Shown here piece after piece: positions 12,001 to 18,086 of a stretch of 46,704 nt of DNA. The position numbers and the translations under genes were made by a program. This DNA is from an uncultured Methanosarcinales archaeon. Its GTDB lineage: Archaea; Nanobdellota; Nanobdellia; Woesearchaeales; WJKV01. How positions within the stretch are numbered: the first letter of the stretch is position 1; each line of letters opens with the position of its first letter. The stretch covers positions 1 through 46,704 of the forward strand of contig CAZNVD010000005.1 of the NCBI GenBank assembly GCA_964576505.1. Direction: 5' to 3'. The notes beneath the pieces are model-generated. The model did not search any database and was not told the origin of the DNA. It saw nothing but the letters and a program-made list of their open reading frames with translations.

Positions 12001-15000
12001 TTTAATGGTTTGTTCCTGTCTTCTTGTATCAACAGCACCTTCAAAAATACTGATCTTTTCAATAATTTTCAACAAATCATTCTTGGCTCCATCAGACAAC
12101 TCAACTTTTGCATACTTTGCAAGTAAATCAATTCGTCGCTTAATTGAATTAAGATCACTTTCACTCACGACTGTATCTTGTGCAACTGAAGTTTCAATTG
12201 GTTTAGTAGTAATTGCTTTCTTTTCTGTAACGCTTTTCTTTTTAATAAAAAAATCAAACCAAGCAACTACAGGTTCATAACCTGGTTGTTGCAATAATTC
12301 AGTGCGATCAAGCAAATAATACATGAAAGTCTCAGCAACAAACTCATTGAACAAGGTGTATTGTACAGAAATACGATCTTGTCTAGTCATTCCAAATTCG
12401 CCACCTACAAGCAAGCCTTGCTCCCGAATCAAATTGTACTGTTTTCTCAAAGACTCAATATCTACATCATTTTCTGAAAGGTCTCCTGAATCAACTAGAT
12501 GAATAATTCCATCACCCAATTTCATACCAAAGTAATAAGCTATAGATCGAGCAGTAGTATCATATAAATATGGATTTAAAAGTATTACTCCCTTTCCATA
12601 TTCAGCAATTCTATCATGAGTGTATTCAGCTAAATTAATCTCAGTAATTACAGAAGAACTAAGATACCAACGAGGAACAAGATCAAGCATGTGATCAATC
12701 TGCTTCAACACACTTCCAAAGTTTGGATTTGTTGCAAATCCTTTAGGAAGAACCACACTAATTCCAAATTCAGCAGCATGATCTTTCAATGCCTGTGCAG
12801 CAGAAATAATTTCATCTACGGAGTTGCTTTCAAGCCCCTCAACAACTTTCCATCTATTATATGAGTCATATTCTCGAATAGATACTAAACTTGACTGAAT
12901 TGCGAAAGGATTTCTAATTAAATACTTATCACCTATTTTTTCAACAGAATAACCAGCTCTAAATTGATCAAGCATTTCTGAAGTCAGATAAGGAATTTTT
13001 GCCAGCGTAGATTCTTTATCCCAAGCAAGACCACCAAGATTCTCATAATTACTATCAGCAGTAGCACCCTCTGCAGATGGAAGTATTTCATAACCACTGT
13101 TTTCTTTTTGGTTATTATTTTTTTTGTCATTATTGTCATTAGATTTATGAGTAAAGACAGAATAAATATCAGCGAATGCTGAACCAGTATACGAAATTAA
13201 TCCCTTATTTTCTTCTTGAGGAAGAGGCGTTTCAAATGTTTTCGCAGATACAACCAGATTTGACGATGCTCCACCAACCATCAACGACGAAATATAATCA
13301 GATTTTTCTAAATTTAGAGTTTGACCTTGAACAGTAATTCCACCAGGCTGAGAACCTCGAGTACCAGAAGAGAGAGAAGAAATGTAATTTGATTTAGATT
13401 GCTCCTTCTGGAAAACAGCACCAATTCCAGATGATTGAATTTCCGCTTGTGAATCACTAGCCTGAGTAATTTGATTTTGAAGAGATCCAATAGCTCGATC
13501 ATTCTTATTGTATTCATCAGTTAATCCAACACGTTGAACACCCAAAGCTCCCTGCATACTCTTTATATCACCAAGCAACTGAGTTTTCAATACCTGTGAT
13601 TGACCTTCACTTCCTGCTGAAAGATAATTATAATATTTATCATCTCCTTTTTCTTCTCCAAATGCACCAACAAAGTCATTCCTGCTAACAATATTATCTG
13701 CTTGAATATCTCCGAAGAGTTCAGTTCCTGCAGATATCTGCTTATCTGTGTTAAACAAAGACATTTTAATGCCCTCATTTTTCTGAGTCAACGATTCTTT
13801 GCGTTTACGCGCAGCATACTCAACATAAACGTCATCAATTTTTCCAGACAAAAATTGCAATTCCTTATCAGATAGACCTACTTTTACTCGAACAAGTACA
13901 TCACTTATAGTATCAAATGCCCTCTTCCTCTCATCCCCTGTAAGTTCTAGACGGTCCAATTCTGCATTTATTTCATCCTCAGTAAGATCACCCGCTAACA
14001 ATTTCTGCTTGAATGCAGACTTTGCTTCGTCAGCCGCAAGTTCAGCTCGAATGTCAGCTGCATTTCGCCAGGCAATATTAGCCCGATTCACAACAATATG
14101 AGGTAATCTTCCATATTCAGCTTCAAACTGGGCAGCAGGCACCAAAGATATGATAATTGTCGTTTTTCTATTCAATCGTTCACGATAAGTTGTATCAGGA
14201 GTAACTTGAGCAACATCAGAACCATCAATAATAAATGCAGCTGAGTCAGCAGGAGCATTAGAACTAATAACACCTGTTTGAGAAATACCATCATCAATAA
14301 AGCCAGAGGATTCAGCACTAATCACAGAAGAATCAAGAGCATTCTCTGCAGATCCTTGTCTTGATACGCCTGAAGTTTCTTTTACTAATTGATCTTTATT
14401 ACCAAATGTAGATACTTGATTGTCTTTAGAATCATCTTTGGTAGAAGGAGTTCCAAAGACTCCTGAACTTTCTTTTTCAGCCACCTGAGCACCTGTTATC
14501 AAAGATCCTTCGACCCTAGAGACCTGACCCTCAGGAACATTCAAAGATTCAATATTATCCTGAGAAGGCTTTGAGGTTGGTTTTGACAAAGTAATCAAAT
14601 CTTGTGCAGCAGTACTCTGATCTTCTTCAGTAATCTCACTTAATTTTTTGTTAATTGCACTTCGAAGATCGTTATTGGTTACTGTAATTATCATTTCCTG
14701 TGGAAGGTCAGTTTCTTCTTCAGAATTAGACGATCCACTGCCAGTACGAAGAGCTATTTGAATGTCACCTTCAGGAATAGGAAGCACCTCAACCGGATTC
14801 TGGGGATTAAACACAAGCATCTCAATAAAGTCAGGACCTACTTCAGTAATTGCAGGAAGCACTTGTTCTTCGCCTCCGCCGCCCCCACCTCCACCCCCTT
14901 CTTCATCATCAAGAACACGAAGTGGATCTACAACAGGTACAGCTGAAAATCTATTAGGAATAAGTGGAGTATGCCCTGGATCTCGCACACCATAGTGTAA

Positions 15001-17391
15001 AATAGGAGCAGGGCAAACTATCTGAGATGGGATGAGAATTTTATATGTGTATGACTTCCTAACCCACCTGGCGCAAGGAGGCGGACCACCTTCTACACAA
15101 GCAGCCACATAATAAACCCCCTTCGGAGGATTTCCCAACATTTTCGGGTCCCAAGGAATAGGATTTCCACTGGCAGCAGCATCCTGAAACATTTTCCAAT
15201 AAGTTTCCAGAGGGATCTCACTGCCAGCTGGATACGGAAGAGGTCCTGGGTCACAGAACCAAGGGCGATGAGGAAGTGGACAAACTGGTTTCTTTACAGA
15301 AACTCCTCTGGGTGGAGTTAGATCTGCATCATCAGAAACTCCTCTAATCACCGGCTTATTATCATCAGGACCCAATCTGTAAATTGGTGTGTTGTCTTGA
15401 GTCCATCCAACAGGATCAGCATCAATTCCGTCACCTAGTCTATAAATAGGAATTCCATCCTGAGTAAATCCTACCGGCTTATCATTTATTCCATCTGCCA
15501 ATTTAAAAATAGGAATACCAAGAACCCAATCAATAGGACCAATAAATCCAGCATTCAAATTGAACCCATCTGGACCAATAATCGCAGGAATTTCTCCATC
15601 ATTAGTGAGGATCACATTACAAAAATCAACTGTATTTGTAGTAAGGTAATTTATCTGACCTGGAGTCAACCATTGAGAAAGAGCTTCAGTAGAGACAATG
15701 GCTGGACATACCATTGGAATACTAACAGGACATTCTCCACCTGAATTGAAGCAGTGAATCAATGAATTAACATATGCATTGTAAAATGGAAAGGAATCAG
15801 CTTCCAGAGCTGAGGAAGGAATTCTTACACTGTTTCCACCTTGAGTCAAAGAAATAATGCCATCAGATACAGCGCCTATAGTAACAGGTTGTTCAGGACT
15901 GAATGAAACAGGTACACCATCAAATCCAGTTACTAAAACATCTCCAGTTGGAGATACATCGACATCAAGCAGGAGGTCTGTCTGTTGCCCACTATCAGTG
16001 ATAATCGTAAGAATTCCAGGCGTAGCACTTAAATCAACCAAGCTACCATCAGTAACAGGAATTTCTGATCCATCTGTTGAAGTGAGTATTACTCCAGTAG
16101 GACCTTGGATTGGAGCATCATTAACAAGTTGATTTTCAGGAATCTCAGTTGAAGTAGTCACACCACAAGATGATATACTATAGGTGCAATCAACATTACA
16201 AGACAAAGATCCACTGCTTAAACCACCAGCAATATCACCACAATTTAAACCTGCAAGATCATTACCATCACATTCTTCAGCACCATTTCTAATTCCATCA
16301 CCACATACGGCTACAGCTACAGGAGGCAATGAAACACCACTAAGCCAATCATTAACTAAATTCAATTCATCTGCAGATGGAAGACTAGGATTGCCAGCAA
16401 TAAATCCATTAATAAGAGGCACAGCTTCAGCCAAAGCATCAAAATTAGAAATCTCTTTAGCTTTCTCTTTAGTCAGTTCATTCATAGCATTAAGCCAGTT
16501 TTGCTTAAACACAGGCCCAAATCCAGCTTCATTAGCTACCAAAAGAACCCACAAAATAGAATTCACAAGCCATTGATGCATAGGATTTCCATACACATTC
16601 ATTGGGTGAACAGATTGAAATTCATTGAAAGCACCTTGATCAGCCAAAATTCCTTCAAATTCAACTTTATTCACAAGCGTGTCAAGCTGTACATTCAAAT
16701 TATTCAAATTATTAAGAATAGGAATTAATTTTTGCAGCACTGACTCAACAGAAGGAGGAGTAGAAGCACCACTTCTAAGCTCATCCTGTTTTTTTGCATT
16801 TACTTGATTCATAAAACTATCAATTTGAATATTATTGAGATTTCCATATTCTCCGAGTGGACCACCACTTTCAGAAAAATCACCCACAGCAGCAGAAGTA
16901 ATTGAAGATCCACCTTGAGTCGAACCTCCAATCGATCCCATCATTGCATCAAATTGAGCCTTATAATTCAACTGCATCTGCTGCCAATTTTGAAGGGCAC
17001 CAAACATACTAGGAAGAGCTGCTCCAACTACACCACCATTATTTCCATAATATTCTTGCTCAGCCTGAACAGCAATAGTAAGTTGTTGAATAAGATACAT
17101 TGCCACATTCCAAGCAAAATCAAACTGAGAACTAAATTTACCAATCGAACTCTGAACTGAATTAGTTCCTGGACCTGAAGTTGCCTGTGCACCAGTAATA
17201 CTTACTAAAGAAGAAGATTTAATTGGTTGGTTAGGTTGGTTAGGTTGGTTAGGTTGGTATGGTTGGGTGTAGATAGCCGAGGCATCTTTGTAAGAAATCC
17301 AGAACTGAGAAGAAGCGGCACTAACAGTACTACCAAGCATTAAGATAACTATGAAATATGCACCAAATTTCAAGTACAAATCACGCATCAT
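1..17391 (-). CDS. Giant secreted/surface protein, 3'-partial (at least 5,797 codons in the window; the C-terminus lies beyond position 1)
   Basis: Manual translation of the minus-strand frame from ATG-ATG at 17386-17391 found no in-frame stop down to position 1. The ORF track lists nothing in this frame: every listed minus ORF in 1-17391 ends at a coordinate equal to 2 mod 3. That fits one ORF left open at the window edge and therefore omitted. GAGG lies 6-7 nt upstream of the ATG. The N-terminus MMRDLYLKFGAYFIVILMLGSTVSA looks like a signal peptide or anchor. The translation reads as normal protein throughout. Confidence 0.9.
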   Translation of the reverse strand, partial: MMRDLYLKFGAYFIVILMLGSTVSAASSQFWISYKDASAIYTQPYQPNQPNQPNQPIKSSSLVSITGAQATSGPGTNSVQSSIGKFSSQFDFAWNVAMYLIQQLTIAVQAEQEYYGNNGGVVGAALPSMFGALQNWQQMQLNYKAQFDAMMGSIGGSTQGGSSITSAAVGDFSESGGPLGEYGNLNNIQIDSFMNQVNAKKQDELRSGASTPPSVESVLQKLIPILNNLNNLNVQLDTLVNKVEFEGILADQGAFNEFQSVHPMNVYGNPMHQWLVNSILWVLLVANEAGFGPVFKQNWLNAMNELTKEKAKEISNFDALAEAVPLINGFIAGNPSLPSADELNLVNDWLSGVSLPPVAVAVCGDGIRNGAEECDGNDLAGLNCGDIAGGLSSGSLSCNVDCTYSISSCGVTTSTEIPENQLVNDAPIQGPTGVILTSTDGSEIPVTDGSLVDLSATPGILTIITDSGQQTDLLLDVDVSPTGDVLVTGFDGVPVSFSPEQPVTIGAVSDGIISLTQGGNSVRIPSSALEADSFPFYNAYVNSLIHCFNSGGECPVSIPMVCPAIVSTEALSQWLTPGQINYLTTNTVDFCNVILTNDGEIPAIIGPDGFNLNAGFIGPIDWVLGIPIFKLADGINDKPVGFTQDGIPIYRLGDGIDADPVGWTQDNTPIYRLGPDDNKPVIRGVSDDADLTPPRGVSVKKPVCPLPHRPWFCDPGPLPYPAGSEIPLETYWKMFQDAAASGNPIPWDPKMLGNPPKGVYYVAACVEGGPPPCARWVRKSYTYKILIPSQIVCPAPILHYGVRDPGHTPLIPNRFSAVPVVDPLRVLDDEEGGGGGGGGGEEQVLPAITEVGPDFIEMLVFNPQNPVEVLPIPEGDIQIALRTGSGSSNSEEETDLPQEMIITVTNNDLRSAINKKLSEITEEDQSTAAQDLITLSKPTSKPSQDNIESLNVPEGQVSRVEGSLITGAQVAEKESSGVFGTPSTKDDSKDNQVSTFGNKDQLVKETSGVSRQGSAENALDSSVISAESSGFIDDGISQTGVISSNAPADSAAFIIDGSDVAQVTPDTTYRERLNRKTTIIISLVPAAQFEAEYGRLPHIVVNRANIAWRNAADIRAELAADEAKSAFKQKLLAGDLTEDEINAELDRLELTGDERKRAFDTISDVLVRVKVGLSDKELQFLSGKIDDVYVEYAARKRKESLTQKNEGIKMSLFNTDKQISAGTELFGDIQADNIVSRNDFVGAFGEEKGDDKYYNYLSAGSEGQSQVLKTQLLGDIKSMQGALGVQRVGLTDEYNKNDRAIGSLQNQITQASDSQAEIQSSGIGAVFQKEQSKSNYISSLSSGTRGSQPGGITVQGQTLNLEKSDYISSLMVGGASSNLVVSAKTFETPLPQEENKGLISYTGSAFADIYSVFTHKSNDNNDKKNNNQKENSGYEILPSAEGATADSNYENLGGLAWDKESTLAKIPYLTSEMLDQFRAGYSVEKIGDKYLIRNPFAIQSSLVSIREYDSYNRWKVVEGLESNSVDEIISAAQALKDHAAEFGISVVLPKGFATNPNFGSVLKQIDHMLDLVPRWYLSSSVITEINLAEYTHDRIAEYGKGVILLNPYLYDTTARSIAYYFGMKLGDGIIHLVDSGDLSENDVDIESLRKQYNLIREQGLLVGGEFGMTRQDRISVQYTLFNEFVAETFMYYLLDRTELLQQPGYEPVVAWFDFFIKKKSVTEKKAITTKPIETSVAQDTVVSESDLNSIKRRIDLLAKYAKVELSDGAKNDLLKIIEKISIFEGAVDTRRQEQTIKALLIQRKPERKFVSEGVEFTYRVFENIVSVADKNIITSTKIEEAVRLSTLRMLSEQDLSDSETDSLRTLTSVGEKEVSVLLALESLNADTITSVTRFLRDDASDSDREIFGYFISDLLPRLTVSERGLLDSLTTELSDEISRASESGAVLSELGHGGLPENTFTAYNELNKQPESIKRIILSISKAGEYRRITDERKIFRTYMSPSVDVGEYFILDAVEGAYSEIPLSFELFDKYLTYLNDGVPVALSKDVYAALEKARTLSVKSPKLKVPEPKVEPTVPAIPIAISADKLASDKRISGLIAPEGKGIDVLKSTPGEIADMIEDGTISDDYLAKLAEYFTKLTEAGYGILPDSSIIYYGDDARGFVITPDKTRVASLADYGGELSRAKAAEFSDSYGDVYDDSYLALLDAIDARISALSASRSGDYVRRIALLEELDDDIFATYSRGAESLPSINRIAGSIDRVYAEQNPVAPQPPADALSLLNDVLYSTIINPVSDTIGAIADFGRAASESKQPGVPGDPDTEFAMLNQLPLGCTFDGTYGIPSRQLSANAIDSLNAINPAVGTTKDLSDRNKVISTVTSKDLETVSNRKVVPLSGGAIADDVVSAEGRITEIESVLDSIGAVGVSESANDIGSAENKMSEIEYYLDLLEGVGQIPENQIQEVGDSGLQYDCVYNVPAVPAIGSLDTFDNYEVPDSSQFPHPAPYPLDDGLDTGSFLAPSTVDLVMAFSEFHEKGVNPYQTVHITDVFALDQDPPEPSNTPGTFETSLPQLPIPGLSAELMGPFNPEEIQSKESFYQLASQPSVWIVALPDPALDTIEVVEGAVNAPGGGGGGGGGDEFKTTDLWYEHMRGVGIGEATRESGVKAVEELIGKIQFDWVGTPKEIHEGSYNWVLAERWGTWLRTAKGKLAGGGGGVCTGGGAANICVNQMIQPGQDKNEESHRQHNIWVNGQTRRITEYNLGLIIKDLRPRLGLPPTKFCEESDKHNELAEGYSSIQRLQNLILRIDQSDEFAEKLSKSDEYQEELDAIGQKERENQERIELEQYKAANGKLKDFDLDSVKSDYNRFKEATSQMEKIEKGVESEVALGKMTREDAQRALEGSSYQDYLKEAQELGSRFAGKDKTGKDIELKPEDVYARDKPALDKMRKEAINKLNDLAAKSNYQLAQEKWQREEDSIGEELSNLQKRINERFPGTTLEGRERKEAVKLAITKIAEKSNIKPPYENLDYKAFLEMHNAVKELNKCFGGKPKGIADLLNFQLRVYDFYTRAMIESRENLPGMYNNLEQYNYYAQGSESRLDSETKKSTNPEEYAEKANVVEQKLMDRFNLMADMIDKNNEIMKIYDGWNSAIGGQVFGDFTIASQPMDGTGKEHVKKHSDNLINFFASIKLSSANIKNVHGETPVNIRSSPDNFKQFLRKHAEYLADSSNLHQLFIRSLAEHLQWSGENNVALFGLIISPPTVGWDWSGVNAAGIATPSGPAAQAAYLAENDCPPLPIPEKPFGATGPTQKKVGETSVEVDYTDHGSVAEFSPVEKEPDAGTYKQEKPVEERLDDTRKKNNCEQIEDTIANQQAFNDCKSKIEILPDPVTGKFQMHDTNKYTGPGSATFVGFIDPDSKNPSRPNLGQFLAALAGVGCKRPGILYCQSPAGSGKFAAIDAGSGTDLATGGAVSPEIKSALDEIKKLEQEKRIEDNKDIKNNIDDLFFDPERSLAERQQQLYQFSNDLNELWVRYSNAAKAETAEERAKLAAEADAFANQVASELGIPVETVTGFLNLIGRTEPPGIADITPHNVMKYLIDQRNTASLQLYSDERQVKGEIANEAAKQTQAEKEKLVGTPGGASKIAGVQALTKEGKTEEAKQAIAKLAKDLKIDETLLNEVILNVKDPTPEKIIAYIQGKKDDPFNTPENLKALQDALSSKDGLKEPLESQLRDANKELAISSDWLKKEMDRAQKLGDTLYAERLQSRLTTINEIASKIDAINQDATKTGRSLTDSEASELKLLQSRLDEETFKNINTEQILAEQQRILESNLKERTVNENIQKDLQSKKASLESDLKGSQENLDFYTKLYGSNRNQEQQQLIIDIEADIEEYQKKLSEFDKSLKDVNSKLALSDETIKEEIAKINVEITSLQEKNAEVADKNFQLNDQIKTIDDQIKMVDQKSAALSKEYQDFARKSEYDLWNDVKKSNAYNPAAFAIFGARASGLPPDEQALAKQITAVYNSYQTTQNLEDLEKASKLAEQYDAQFGTSDAIYQDKSVLQEFYAAAFKSSFGSSAENDALVTTLLESKWKQDVSTNLEQSKLELDFLKETKMNLADTGLLGGPSADLIAALTKAEKRYTDGLLVNAEKSGEPDVYSKIQNILLDSLKRQSELGLLTEDQKQRIDALLSAQNPELKDLPKDQTFSMIEWIQDNVLSNVKNIKDAAAPVAEIIYGADGKSDRAQTVDRIFGQDTSISAKKGFAVAVGDYNKIFAKLMQLMVGPRNENVLAFSWPPGQAKFKTFWYISEGGMNIFETAVAALDLQDKETGTMVGSMLRAQFGPLLKSYFPLYHGDTEYNAFLRNMQTYQGIGQKEAEWADKMTALTERLNAGLDIEQYSKEMAEIKRAYVQYGSDLLIKLDLIKQNNNIESMLHSGSLDDAGTLYYRALSAVLQSYMQQTLVLTGVVSEDALRRIDLALALIKQRKQDLLGVGSVVLYETPEDRAAERAKNQGKVLELQEWEKTLKSYRDVVERNAKQYRAASTVDYLAQLRARFEALRSAFRGERIQFDAMSQLYREFVSINIMSLEGGLELFSDMVGTYLGFGRQYSTEINRQDVLSMGKYIVTVPELYEQHKAGFQSYLETVLMITAFGKKEYYDGLKQRIEFLKKEVEKAYSHGQYGYGGSVLKELTQLQSEFSKLQPEIMQDIFFIAQFTKKDFIFTDPKTGEIRTMLSIPEFVGLFGKDSPFGGEGSIVDNLPPSLKKVLFGEQFGRELTGRTDFTTAYIGSASGELNRLAALGFDINRYEAEVKKINGFLDDDGSFFSREQLSVLRDAVKLIGFLYDKGDSWSSNLYKTAEKNMVVRYEEELKEIVKEAETYRDNAGIVFSGLKGVRDFLRGTVFGDLIYRGLDYAADSMFGANEPDVFELAAQMDRIAKQSLDEISRLKQEFPDHLQSADNDVDFVSLQNKQSTLYLYFGVEKFDNYLGNIAANAGANLLEFMPVLLGSIGPQGIAGLGKAFTGLGNLGKTLLGFEVKAGATVATQEVAKLTFAQALERGLLTETTLLRGASILKEASTFAYVDVSKMVDSGEITSLGGFAEAFAEHTAHLAIQFALVQGYTGLTGLSGPALKGLTGTSGSIARGAFYTANFLGENIVFVGSGAALGTGEFTMTALLDSIVFLGGLKIKHAVEGSLAKSDLDRAVEKAGKEYDQFVSGKISEADYVKKINELYEGSFSESGVPTKPGLEAGAAARLAKAVEDIRTNYGDGAGGLTKEGLTKLKVEKLKYEQEVSEVLGALFEPRGEALVGFDLVDSFKQDLQLRLSESSKQFDLFIAKELYRLEPTEGNKYELDKLTKEAAELKTAVQFEFYKSNKELADAKLKELDDIIADPEKTPAERLDARLEKEELLDGLKQATDESFARLDKFGSTIKAQLSAELSPEKISERYDASKEKATAAADKIISDIKSGKVVSPEDIKTVENSLNLKGAESEAFRKAVTEKDVGTIESAKGKIEKGYESRKEAKVAEALTAEKVAVDKRIEESAKDIDAARELAGKVAKGEDIPLKEFTDVLGPDIGKWAKEKYEEKRFTKVFDAIGKERKSKEEDVGFAKKFSEDLGTEAVARKEASATAAAAETVAKEHFKEKVTEVLVEKAGEIAKKGGFTEAEAKTVEELAKGIPEGDYSKLPDVKKALERIEAEKKALEEEAKKLEETPEEIVAAAETMRAEKAEVDERVEETTKKEETAKKLKEKIAKGEEITFEEFVAVLGGERGTTAKAAYEKAKTDTSVKITSDKAKIVADVDAKI
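1870..2420 (-). other. Gly/Ala/Leu-rich hydrophobic segments within the giant protein (about aa 4990-5175)
   Basis: Translation gives FMPVLLGSIGPQGIAGLGKAFTGLGNLGKTLLGF ... GYTGLTGLSGPALKGLTGTSGSIARGAFYTANFLGENIVFVGSGAALGTGEFTMTALLDSIVFLGGL. These small-xxx-small patterns contrast with the charged flanking sequence. Confidence 0.5.
9490..9516 (-). repeat. Second Gly9 tract (NAP-GGGGGGGGG-DEF), about aa 2626-2634
   Basis: Nine consecutive in-frame glycine codons; plus strand reads tcc acc gcc acc acc gcc tcc tcc acc. Confidence 0.95.
14872..14898 (-). repeat. Gly9 tract flanked by acidic residues (DDEE-GGGGGGGGG-EEQ), about aa 832-840
   Basis: Nine consecutive in-frame glycine codons; plus strand reads gcc tcc gcc gcc ccc acc tcc acc ccc. 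Confidence 0.95.
15341..15520 (-). repeat. Three short tandem peptide repeats of the type G(I/T)PI(F/Y)(K/R)L(A/G)DGI(N/D)x(K/D)PVG(F/W)TQD
   Basis: Translation gives GIPIFKLADGINDKPVGFTQD / GIPIYRLGDGIDADPVGWTQD / NTPIYRLGPDDNKPVIRG. Confidence 0.7.
16165..16305 (-). other. Cys-rich module CGDGIRNGAEECDGNDLAGLNCGDIAGGLSSGSLSCNVDCTYSISSC (about aa 363-409 of the giant protein)
   Basis: The C-G-D-G-x5-E-E-C-D-G-N pattern resembles the cysteine-rich repeat family of extracellular proteins (Myxococcus-type CGNG..GEECDDGN repeat). Only a single copy was seen. Confidence 0.55.
17224..17265 (-). repeat. In-frame 9-nt tandem repeat (ttggttagg x3 perfect, plus degenerate flanking copies) encoding QPYQPNQPNQPNQP
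   Basis: Read directly: ttggttagg at 17227-17235, 17236-17244 and 17245-17253, followed by ttggtatgg. Confidence 0.9.
17317..17391 (-). other. N-terminal signal peptide / membrane anchor of the giant protein (MMRDLYLKFGAYFIVILMLGSTVSA)
   Basis: Charged N-region (RD..K), a hydrophobic core and a small-residue VSA motif. It is nearly identical to the N-terminus of the 849-aa ORF at 20707-20781. Confidence 0.75.
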
Positions 17392-17470
17392 TCATCCTCT
17401 TTTTTCAAGTATTTACATTAATACTTTCTACAGACAACTAATTTACCAACCGATTTTTAAAAAACAATAG

Positions 17471-17486
17471 AATATATAAACATATC
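17471..17486 (-). promoter_or_regulatory. TATA-box core (minus strand GATATGTTTATATATT) about 80-90 nt upstream of the giant ORF start
   Basis: The 15-nt core atatataaacatatc occurs three times (17472-17486, 18096-18110, 20860-20874), each upstream of a gene in this cluster. A GAGG Shine-Dalgarno-like motif lies at 17396-17399. Confidence 0.5.
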
Positions 17487-17664
17487 GATTCCAGAAAACA
17501 AAAAATCGAGCACATGAAAAATTACAATGTGGTCGAAAAAAGCAAGTAAAAAACAACAAACAAAAATTTAACATAACACAAAGATTTTAACCTGAATCAC
17601 CACTATCAAAAAGCAAAATTACAATCCAATACAATTTCTAGGCGACAACCACATCATTGAGCCA

Positions 17665-18075
17665 TTAAGCAAGCGAAAACACATCTTTTAATGGTCCTTG
17701 ACAATTTGCAAGCTCAGCAGTCAATGTCCTCAGTAAATCAGGATTAAAACTTCCTTTAGAATATGTACATTTCATCCCCACATTCTCAAAAAGTTGGTGT
17801 GCAGCATCAGGTTCACTTGGATCCAACCCAATAATTTTTTTCTCAACAACACAGCCATTCATCACAGTATAAGCAACAGTTGCAGTAGTGATTCTATTCT
17901 CAAAATAGACAGGTTTACATTTTTGAGCCCTAGCAAGGAAGCACATCTCATCCGAACAATTTACACTCTGAGAATCAAGATAATAAAAGAATCCCCCTAC
18001 AACAACCATTAAAATAACACCAGCTAGTATCCAATAGTTCAAATTAATTTTTGAAGATATTTTCTTTCTAACCAC
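17665..18075 (-). CDS. Small Cys-rich membrane-anchored protein, paralog 1 (136 aa, GTG start)
   Basis: ORF track. Basic N-terminus, then one TM helix (YWILAGVILMVVVGGFFYYL), then a six-Cys ectodomain. It aligns along its whole length with ORF 22267-22668. A TATA box lies about 25 nt upstream. Confidence 0.8.
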   Translation of the reverse strand: MVRKKISSKINLNYWILAGVILMVVVGGFFYYLDSQSVNCSDEMCFLARAQKCKPVYFENRITTATVAYTVMNGCVVEKKIIGLDPSEPDAAHQLFENVGMKCTYSKGSFNPDLLRTLTAELANCQGPLKDVFSLA

Positions 18076-18086
18076 ATATCAAAAAA

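Noticed and set aside
348-13778. Minus-strand ORFs 348-776, 1029-1250, 5163-5531, 6717-6902, 6915-7406, 13314-13517 and 13587-13778
   Set aside because: All of them end at coordinates equal to 2 mod 3, so they are out-of-frame overlaps of the giant ORF (frame 0 mod 3). Their translations are L/K/R-rich and implausible.
488-16728. Plus-strand ORFs inside the first 17.4 kb (for example 488-1306 at 272 aa, 11846-12280, 15857-16132, 16184-16576)
   Set aside because: They lie antisense to the giant minus-strand ORF and translate to low-complexity S/F/L/A/P-rich sequence, as expected for shadow frames of a K/E/A-rich gene.
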